The notes beneath the pieces are model-generated. The model was not told where the DNA came from and searched no databases. It worked only from the letters and a program-made list of their open reading frames with translations. From a virus (Duplodnaviria > Caudoviricetes), in the IMG/VR virus record IMGVR_UViG_3300020463_000014, positions 12,240 through 76,239 of that record: DNA of 64,000 nucleotides. One strand, written 5' to 3'. Shown here piece by piece: positions 49,543 to 56,911 of the stretch. The translations under genes were made by a program, and so were the position numbers. How positions within the stretch are numbered: the first letter of the stretch is position 1; each line of letters begins with the position of its first letter.

Positions 49543-50649
49543 CTATGTGCCACTAACAAATTTACGATGATACACTAAAGCATGTGTAATTCGAGTTCTT
49601 AAAGTTGGTGACCAATATCTTCTGCCAGCAGAATTTTTATGAGTTCCTTGTGCTGTGTAAGGACACGCCCCAAATGATCCACCATACCTTACAAATTTAC
49701 TTGATGGTCTTTCATAAAATCTACATACACTATAAGTAGCATTTGGAACATCAGCGCCACATGCATTAACATATCCCCATGCTTTCTTTTCATTATGTGG
49801 CCCAGAATCTGTGCATTCGTGCCAAATAAATCTGCATTGAGCATCTAAACTTTGCCATGGTAATCCAACATTTTCTGAAAATTTTATTAAATTTTCCCAA
49901 CGCTGACCTCTCCATTGGCATAAACCAAAAGCTGGCAAACCAACATCATCTGGATTAACTATTTCACTCCATGGGCCGCTTTTAATAAATAGATTTTGGC
50001 CTTCGTATATGCTATCATAATCTTGCGATTCACTTACTTTACTTGTTGTATAGATTGCATTAAAATCTTTTCCTTGTCCAGGTCCGGATTCGGCTTTTAT
50101 ATTTCCCATGAATCCACAAACTTGCGCCGGTTCCATAAAGTTACTAAGTGAAGTAAATATTTTTTCTTCTACACCATTTCCTGGCATTGCCTTTGCAATT
50201 GCTTCAATTTCGGCAGCATTTGGCTGAACTGACGGAGCTTCTCCTGCTGAATACGTATTATTTGTTCTTGAAGATGTAACACCACCTGCATCTACTAATG
50301 GTGATATAAGAGTGGGATCAGAGGCTTGTATATAAGAAGGTTCTTGTATAGTAACATAGCTTCCAAGAATTAGTGGTATTTGAGATAATTCTCCATCTAA
50401 AAACATGCCATGAACCATTGCACCTTTAGCCAATACTGAATTCTCTCCTTGGCCTGAAATTCCTGGAGAAGTTGTAGGAATTAAACATTGTGCCCAAGGC
50501 AGATCATTATCTTCTATTTCAAGATTATCATGAATGCCAAATATTCTAACTTGCACTCTTCCCATGCCTTTTGGATCGTCATTTCTTCTGACTTTTCCTA
50601 TAAAAAATCTTGGATTATCACCCCAATATTCATTAGATATACTTTTCAT
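49543..50649 (-). CDS. gp5: gp5 N-terminal OB-fold fused to a phage tail lysozyme (Phage_lysozyme2-like) domain
   Basis: FIGKV...DDPKGMGRVQVRIFGIH...LPWA...GMFLDG...QIPLILG, then GNIKAESG...GLCQWRG.R...LDAQ..FI..E...YERP. Confidence 0.85.
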   Translation of the reverse strand: MKSISNEYWGDNPRFFIGKVRRNDDPKGMGRVQVRIFGIHDNLEIEDNDLPWAQCLIPTTSPGISGQGENSVLAKGAMVHGMFLDGELSQIPLILGSYVTIQEPSYIQASDPTLISPLVDAGGVTSSRTNNTYSAGEAPSVQPNAAEIEAIAKAMPGNGVEEKIFTSLSNFMEPAQVCGFMGNIKAESGPGQGKDFNAIYTTSKVSESQDYDSIYEGQNLFIKSGPWSEIVNPDDVGLPAFGLCQWRGQRWENLIKFSENVGLPWQSLDAQCRFIWHECTDSGPHNEKKAWGYVNACGADVPNATYSVCRFYERPSSKFVRYGGSFGACPYTAQGTHKNSAGRRYWSPTLRTRITHALVYHRKFVSGT

Positions 50650-50659
50650 TTATAAGCCT

Positions 50660-52138
50660 TTATCTTTTCTGATGTGATAATTTACATAATCCTAAAGTGG
50701 TAGAAAAAGCACCATCACCTGCAGGACTAAATGTATGTTTAGCTGTGTATATTAAATAATTGCCAGACTTTTTTATATCTAATTCTTGACTATTTTCAAT
50801 GTTATCATGCATTGCATTTTTTTTAATTTCTACACTTATTCTATTACTTATAGTCATATTTGCATCTTTTGCTAAAAAGTTTCTACCTGGTACTTCGATA
50901 GTTAAACTTGATTTATGCAAATACCCTCTCAATCCACGGGCCGTTACTTTTAAGTTATGTAAATCACCTGTATGATATTCGTTATACCCTCTAATAAGAT
51001 CAGGTGAACCATTTGAAACTCCACTTTGTGAGCGAGTTGTAGTAATGTTAGTTATTGTTGATGCATTATATTGACTCATATTTTTACCACCTAACATTGC
51101 TTTATCGTCATAAACTGGTATATCATCTTCAGGCATAATTCCTAACATTTTTGCTCGGGCAAATGTTTCTCCAGGATTATGTTTTCGTACATGTATTGTT
51201 CCACGATACGTATCGATAAAATTATATGTTGAAGGGCCTAAACCAATATTATTATATGTATTCTGGCTTTCAGAGTTTTTCATTGAATAGCTTTTTATTA
51301 TGAAAAGTTTTTCTATTGGTTTTAATGTATGAGCTTTAGCTGCAATCGATTCAGAATAAGTGTATGGTAATAATCCACTTCCAGGATTATTTACTGTTGG
51401 TAATTTAAGCATTGTTTCTAAATCTAAAAATCTAATTCTATCATCGCCCATACTAGCAAAAACATAAAATGGATACCCATTGCCGCTTATACATCTATCA
51501 CATAACCACAAAAGTGCATCTAAAGGGCCAATATTTGGTATCAATATTTTTAAAGTTCCATCTATTAATGGTTCAATATCATCATTAAATAATAATTCAT
51601 TATTTAAAAAATAATCTGATCCACTAAATGTGTATCTATTTAATTCATTTAATAAGCTTTGCATTATTTCAACTGGGTTACTTACAAACCCTCCGTCGTT
51701 AAATCCGCCGCGACTTTCAACTGCTTTAAATACTTTATTGATTGCCATTAAATTAGATTGGAAAGCTCTTTCTTCTATTAAATGCAATAAGACAATTTCA
51801 TTGTTATCATTACTTTTTCCAGAATTAGTTACTTTATTTACAATAAAATGTTTAGTGATAGTGTTTATTTTACTGTCTTCAAGTTCTTCACCTGACATAA
51901 GTGTTATTGAAACTCTTTCTGTTCCAAAGAAAGGAAATCTATCTCCTAAATTTTCATTGTCTAAAAATGCTAAATTCGCTGTCAAAAATGGTTTTTCTAT
52001 TGATTCAAAAAAGCTTATTTCATTTATAACATTCTTAATATCATAACCTTCAGGCGCAAAGGTCCAGCGGTGAGCTGTTATAATCACTGATTGAATTACA
52101 AATTCATAAGGATTTGAATACTTACTAACTTCAGCCAT
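50660..52138 (-). CDS. Baseplate hub protein (gp27-like position and fold)
   Basis: FESIEKPFLTA...D at the N-terminus, IEVPG...SGNYLI...KHTF at the C-terminus; lies between gp53 and gp5. Confidence 0.65.
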   Translation of the reverse strand: MAEVSKYSNPYEFVIQSVIITAHRWTFAPEGYDIKNVINEISFFESIEKPFLTANLAFLDNENLGDRFPFFGTERVSITLMSGEELEDSKINTITKHFIVNKVTNSGKSNDNNEIVLLHLIEERAFQSNLMAINKVFKAVESRGGFNDGGFVSNPVEIMQSLLNELNRYTFSGSDYFLNNELLFNDDIEPLIDGTLKILIPNIGPLDALLWLCDRCISGNGYPFYVFASMGDDRIRFLDLETMLKLPTVNNPGSGLLPYTYSESIAAKAHTLKPIEKLFIIKSYSMKNSESQNTYNNIGLGPSTYNFIDTYRGTIHVRKHNPGETFARAKMLGIMPEDDIPVYDDKAMLGGKNMSQYNASTITNITTTRSQSGVSNGSPDLIRGYNEYHTGDLHNLKVTARGLRGYLHKSSLTIEVPGRNFLAKDANMTISNRISVEIKKNAMHDNIENSQELDIKKSGNYLIYTAKHTFSPAGDGAFSTTLGLCKLSHQKR

Positions 52139-52146
52139 TAAAAAAA

Positions 52147-52980
52147 TTACCCACTTATGGTTTCTATGAAAGCGCGATGAACAGTTCTTATTACGCTTGG
52201 CTTTAATACTTTAATTTTTCTTAATTTATTATTTTCATTTTGAAGATGCTGAGAGTAAGTAACTTCTGTTATAAATGCACTTTGATTTTCAGATAGTGGA
52301 TCAATATCAACCCAATTACCATCTGCATCTTCATGATGATGGGGTGCATTTATTTCAAGAGATGCCGAATGCAATCGAGCATTCTCAAATAAAGTAACAT
52401 CTGGATAAGGTATAATTGCGCCTGGATCTAATAACGCTAAAGGATTAGCAATTATTCTATCGAATTTAACTGTTTCACCTGGTATCCAAGAACCAACAGA
52501 CCCACTAATAATTATTTGACCAAGATCTAATTTTTTTCTAATAACTGTCCCTTTTGCACCAGATTGTGTACCCTCTACTAAAGACCCTACTTTAAATATA
52601 TTAACTAGATTTGAAGTACTAGTTGGATTACCGATATGTGGAACACCATTATCATCTGTCCGAAAATTAAGCACTGTGTTGGGATAAGATTCATCTAACT
52701 GAGATTTTATGTTTCTATAAGTTAATGGCCAGCCTTGTCTTCGAAGATGATCATTCATTAAATAGAATGTCCAATAATATTTATGATCACCGTACATTTT
52801 TGCAGATAATACGTCTGGTCTATCTCCTTCTAAGATTTCATAATTTAAATAATGTTGAAACGAATCTTTAAACTTATCTACTATATCAGCATAAGAAGAT
52901 ATGTTTTGAAAGATAGAAAATGCGTTATCTTCTTCACCAAATTTATATCTTACATTATCAAAACCTGCAAAGTATCCCAT
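52147..52980 (-). CDS. gp53: Baseplate wedge subunit gp53
   Basis: YF..F..V.Y...YEILEGDRPDVLSAKMYG...YYWTFYLMN...WP...ENNKLRKIKVLKP. Confidence 0.9.
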   Translation of the reverse strand: MGYFAGFDNVRYKFGEEDNAFSIFQNISSYADIVDKFKDSFQHYLNYEILEGDRPDVLSAKMYGDHKYYWTFYLMNDHLRRQGWPLTYRNIKSQLDESYPNTVLNFRTDDNGVPHIGNPTSTSNLVNIFKVGSLVEGTQSGAKGTVIRKKLDLGQIIISGSVGSWIPGETVKFDRIIANPLALLDPGAIIPYPDVTLFENARLHSASLEINAPHHHEDADGNWVDIDPLSENQSAFITEVTYSQHLQNENNKLRKIKVLKPSVIRTVHRAFIETISG

Positions 52981-52981
52981 A

Positions 52982-54070
52982 TTAGAATCCGTCCTGTATA
53001 TCTTTTTTATTTAACAATTCATTTTCTCTTAAGGTCATCGATATAGTGGTTTCTTGAAAATGACCACCTTTGAAAAAAGCCGCAGAAGGAGCATTAAATG
53101 TAGCTTGAAAATTAGTTAAATAACATGGTTTAAATCTTATAAAGTTTTTTCCATTATTATCACCCTTTCCATAATGTAAACTAATTTTAATTTCATTTGG
53201 AAATCTATAGCCAAATGGAACACTAATTCCACCAAGTGTGTCTGTATTAAATGCATCTGGATATAATTCAGTTCTAAAAAATTTAACAATACTTGCTACC
53301 ATCCTTGCTTCTCTTTCAGATACAGGTTGCATTTTAAAACTAAAAGAAAATGTTCTTAGTTGAGGTTTATCAAATAGCATAGTCATATTAGCCACAGGTG
53401 AAGTTCTTAATGTTCCTCGTACTGCTCCATCTATTACTCCATTTTTACCAGCCATGCCTGCAAGTCGTGTAGCACTAAGTCTTGCAGCATCTTGACTAAC
53501 CGAACCTTTTAATGCATCATAAAGATTTCCTAATGATGCAAAGCCACCAGCTGCTAAAGATTCTATCATTCCTTCACCCCTAGCCATTCCTGCAGCTGCT
53601 GCCCCGCCAGCTAAACCAAGATCAGCAGTTGAATAGCTAACACCATCTTGAAAAACAATACTAGAAGGCATATACATTTTACAACTTGTTAAAGAATTTG
53701 TTTTCTTTTCATTTGTAAGTATAGATTTAGCTTTAAATTCTGCCGCGGCTTGGACAGGAGCTGGGTCGTCGGACTGTTGGGCTGGCTCGCCAGCTGGCTG
53801 GCCAGTAGCAGCTGTATAAGTCGTATCACTTATAAATTTTATCATTTCTCCAATTGCACCTGAAGCTCCACCTCCTAAAGCTGGTGGTGTTGTAATTACT
53901 GGTTGAAATAAAATATATGCTGGATATTCATTTTCGTTATGAACAGGAAATTTCAATCTAATTTTTGAATCAGGTGCTGTTTCTGATTCAAAATCTAAAC
54001 CCGAATTGCGCGCTCTTGCAGCTCTAAGTTCATCGCCTCTTAAGTGTGTTCTCGGATTTGCAAATACCAT
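52982..54070 (-). CDS. gp48: Baseplate tail-tube cap gp48
   Basis: MYMP...D.VSY...LG, LFDKPQLRTFSFSFKMQP.S..EA..V..IVKFFR...P, CYLT. Confidence 0.85.
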   Translation of the reverse strand: MVFANPRTHLRGDELRAARARNSGLDFESETAPDSKIRLKFPVHNENEYPAYILFQPVITTPPALGGGASGAIGEMIKFISDTTYTAATGQPAGEPAQQSDDPAPVQAAAEFKAKSILTNEKKTNSLTSCKMYMPSSIVFQDGVSYSTADLGLAGGAAAAGMARGEGMIESLAAGGFASLGNLYDALKGSVSQDAARLSATRLAGMAGKNGVIDGAVRGTLRTSPVANMTMLFDKPQLRTFSFSFKMQPVSEREARMVASIVKFFRTELYPDAFNTDTLGGISVPFGYRFPNEIKISLHYGKGDNNGKNFIRFKPCYLTNFQATFNAPSAAFFKGGHFQETTISMTLRENELLNKKDIQDGF

Positions 54071-54082
54071 ATTAGAATTTCC

Positions 54083-54090
54083 TATAAATA
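54083..54090 (+). promoter_or_regulatory. T4-type late promoter TATAAATA for the gp4 operon
   Basis: Exact motif upstream of the ATG at 54128. Confidence 0.8.
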
Positions 54091-54110
54091 AGTCTAAATT
54101 ATCTTAATTA

Positions 54111-54118
54111 TATTTATA
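54111..54118 (-). promoter_or_regulatory. T4-type late promoter TATAAATA for the gp48 operon
   Basis: Exact motif on the minus strand upstream of the ATG at 54070. Confidence 0.8.
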
Positions 54119-54127
54119 TAGGAAACT

Positions 54128-54622
54128 ATGAAAACATACTCAGGCAAATTTAAACCAAAGAATCCAAAAAAATATAAAGGAGATTATACCAATATAGTGT
54201 ATAGATCAATGTGGGAGCGTCATTGTTTTAAATGGTGTGATGAGCAAAGTGATGTTATATCATGGTCAAGCGAAGAAGTTGTAGTACCATATTTGTATGA
54301 AGTTGATAAAAAATATCATAGATATTTTGTTGATCTTAAAATTACATTTAAGAATAAAAAAACTATATTAGTTGAAATCAAACCAGATAAAGAAACACGA
54401 CCTCCGAAAAATCCAGGTAAAAAAACAAAACGTTATATTACCGAAGGATTGACTTATGTAAAGAATATGAATAAATGGAAAGCTGCAAAAAATTATGCAG
54501 ATGATCGCAATTGGGAATTTCAAATATGGACTGAAAATACTCTTGATAAAATGGGAATAAGACCAAAGGGCAAAAGTTTAAAACCTCTGCCGACAATGAA
54601 GAAACCTAAGAAAAAAGTATAA
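54128..54622 (+). CDS. gp4: Head completion nuclease gp4 (TnsA-like)
   Basis: YSGKFKPKNPKKYKGD...YRSMWE...WSSEE..VPY...HRYFVD...EIKP...KWKAA. Confidence 0.95.
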   Translation: MKTYSGKFKPKNPKKYKGDYTNIVYRSMWERHCFKWCDEQSDVISWSSEEVVVPYLYEVDKKYHRYFVDLKITFKNKKTILVEIKPDKETRPPKNPGKKTKRYITEGLTYVKNMNKWKAAKNYADDRNWEFQIWTENTLDKMGIRPKGKSLKPLPTMKKPKKKV

Positions 54623-54625
54623 ATA
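54618..54625 (+). promoter_or_regulatory. T4-type late promoter TATAAATA for gp2; near-leaderless
   Basis: Exact motif overlapping the gp4 stop, 5 nt before the gp2 ATG, with no RBS. Confidence 0.65.
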
Positions 54626-54630
54626 GATTC

Positions 54631-55218
54631 ATGACAGAGATATTTAAAACACTAGAACTAGAAGCTTTTCGTGCAGGGATTACTCCTCGCACTAAGGAGT
54701 CACGTGAATGGTTTCGACGTAAGATAAACACGATGCGTGGAAGAGAATATCGTAGAATTAAACGTGGTCAATTGATGCAAGAAGATGAATTGACTCTTAA
54801 TAATAACACTGATATTGGTAAAATGTGTATGTTCTTTTATGATCCAAAGCATAAAGATACCTTACCTTTCTATGATAGTTTTCCTCTTGTTATTATTATT
54901 GGCAAAGCAAAAGGTGGTTTTCTTGGTATGAATTTACATTACTTACCTCCAATATTAAGAGCTAAGTTTCTCGATGCTTTAATGGAAAATGCAAAAGAAG
55001 ATGATTTCAATGTTACATATCGAACAGTAAAAGCTGCAAGTAATATGCAATATTACAAGCCAACTATTAAACACTATCTTAAAAAACACTTAAGAAGTAG
55101 ATTAGCAACTGTACATGCTCCGGAGTGGGAAATTGCAACTTTTCTACCGACAGCTTCTTGGCAAAAAGCATCTGGTCGTGAAGTATATAGAAATTCAAGG
55201 AGTGTACTAAATGGGTAA
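54631..55218 (+). CDS. gp2: DNA end protector gp2
   Basis: FFYDPKHKDTLPFYDSFPLV...GMNLHYLPP..R..FL...KHYL...W..A.FLP. Confidence 0.93.
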   Translation: MTEIFKTLELEAFRAGITPRTKESREWFRRKINTMRGREYRRIKRGQLMQEDELTLNNNTDIGKMCMFFYDPKHKDTLPFYDSFPLVIIIGKAKGGFLGMNLHYLPPILRAKFLDALMENAKEDDFNVTYRTVKAASNMQYYKPTIKHYLKKHLRSRLATVHAPEWEIATFLPTASWQKASGREVYRNSRSVLNG

Positions 55219-55954
55219 TAATTCAATTTTTAATATTGATGCAATGAAGGGTGCTATGAAAGATGGTTTAGCAAGACCAAATAAATTTTTAGTATCTTTG
55301 CCTGCCGGTAATACAATTGGAAATGATAATAAAACATTTAAAGGTAGAGAAAGTAAAGTAGCAAATGATCTACCCAATAGACCTAATTTAACTTGGCTAT
55401 GTAGATCATGTAGTCTACCTATAAATCAAATGTTGACGTCTGAAAGACTAATTGGCATAAAACAGGAAAAAATAACATATGGATATGCTCAATCAGATGT
55501 AATCCTTTCTTTTTACGAACCAAACTCTTGGCCTATAAGAAAATATTTTCAATTATGGCAGGACACTCAAGTAAATCAAGATACTCAAGAATTGAATTTT
55601 AAATATGGATCATATACTAATCCAGGATACGCAAAAGACGTAAGAATATTTGCAATGGATACAACTGGCAAAGCGACATATGGTGTTCTTTTAATAGATG
55701 CATTTCCTACAACTTTAAATGCTCAAGAGTTTTCAAATGAGAATAATGGTATTGTTGATACCACAGTAACTTTAGCTTATACTAGGTACCAAACTTTAGC
55801 AGTAGGATATAAACCAACCACATCAAAAGCTAATCTAGACTTTGAAAATGGATTAGATGCATTTGTTGCTAGTAAGGCAGATACACGAACAGACGCACAA
55901 GTACTTGGAGACGTAAATAGAGCAACTGGATTAAGTACTAGTACATTTATTTAG
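55211..55954 (+). CDS. Tail-tube-fold protein (gp54 tube initiator / gp19-like)
   Basis: GLARPNKFLV...C.S.SLP...F..WQ...L.DAFPT...VTLAY. Confidence 0.75.
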   Translation: MGNNSIFNIDAMKGAMKDGLARPNKFLVSLPAGNTIGNDNKTFKGRESKVANDLPNRPNLTWLCRSCSLPINQMLTSERLIGIKQEKITYGYAQSDVILSFYEPNSWPIRKYFQLWQDTQVNQDTQELNFKYGSYTNPGYAKDVRIFAMDTTGKATYGVLLIDAFPTTLNAQEFSNENNGIVDTTVTLAYTRYQTLAVGYKPTTSKANLDFENGLDAFVASKADTRTDAQVLGDVNRATGLSTSTFI

Positions 55955-55992
55955 CATAATTTTTTATAATTTTTAAACCATGAGGTAATATA

Positions 55993-56706
55993 ATGGCACT
56001 ACCAATTTTAAATGATACACCAAAATATGAAATGACAATTCCATCTACTAATCAAACACTTAAGTTTAGACCATATTTGGTTAGAGAAGAAAAAGTTTTA
56101 ATGATTGCAATGGAATCTGAAGATACAAACGAAATGTTTTCAGCCATTATTGATACTATTAAAGCATGTGTTTATGATCCTAAAAATTCTGTTGTTTGGG
56201 ATTCATTAGCAATTTTTGATATTGAATATATGTTTGTTACAATTAGATCTAAATCTGTTGGTGAAACAAGTAAACTTAGTTTAAAATGTATTGAATGTGA
56301 GACGGCAAATGAACTTCAAGTTGATTTATCAGATATTGCTCCGGCGATGCCTGATATAAGTAACATAATTGTTCTTACTGATGATATTAGTTTAGAAATG
56401 CAATGGCCGGCATATGCTGATTTATATGAATCTAATATGGAAAAAATGAATTCAACAGATATGACAATGATGATGATTGGTAAATGTATTAAATATGTGA
56501 ATACTGCTGATGATCAAATTATATTAAAAGACGAACCCCAAGCATCTATTGATGCATTTGTAGAATCTTTAAGTACTACTCAATTTGAAATGATTAAAAA
56601 CTATACTGAACAAATGCCACAAATAGTAAAGGATATTAGTTTTACCTGCGTTAATTGTGGACACCATAATAATATTAAATTACAAGGAATGTCTGATTTT
56701 TTTTAG
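55993..56706 (+). CDS. gp26: Baseplate hub assembly protein gp26
   Basis: MALP...PKYEMTIPS...KFRPYLVREEKVL, FDIEY.F..IRSKSVGE, two CxxC motifs, ends G..DFF. Confidence 0.9.
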   Translation: MALPILNDTPKYEMTIPSTNQTLKFRPYLVREEKVLMIAMESEDTNEMFSAIIDTIKACVYDPKNSVVWDSLAIFDIEYMFVTIRSKSVGETSKLSLKCIECETANELQVDLSDIAPAMPDISNIIVLTDDISLEMQWPAYADLYESNMEKMNSTDMTMMMIGKCIKYVNTADDQIILKDEPQASIDAFVESLSTTQFEMIKNYTEQMPQIVKDISFTCVNCGHHNNIKLQGMSDFF

Positions 56707-56897
56707 TTTGCCTCTCTCATGAAAGTCTCATAAACTTTTACAAGAGTAATTTCAGGATGATGCAAGATCATAATTATTCATTAAGTGAACTAGAAAACAT
56801 GATACCTTGGGAACGAGAAATTTATGTGATGCTTCTTGCTGATCATATAAAAGAAGAAAACGATAAAGCAAGAGATCGTAAAAACGGTCTTACGTAA
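56703..56897 (+). CDS. gp51: gp51-like hub assembly protein, probably reached by a -1 frameshift from gp26
   Basis: Not in the track. The -1 frame reads LVCLSHESLINFYKSNFRMMQDHNYSLSELENMIPWEREIYVMLL...*; YSLSELENMIPWERE is gp51-like. Confidence 0.8.
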   Translation, partial: LVCLSHESLINFYKSNFRMMQDHNYSLSELENMIPWEREIYVMLLADHIKEENDKARDRKNGLT

Positions 56898-56911
56898 TAG
56901 AAAGAATAGAT

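Noticed and set aside
54128-54622. TnsA-like nuclease as a transposon or homing endonuclease
   Set aside because: Sequence and synteny (gp48, gp4, gp2) match the core head-completion protein gp4.
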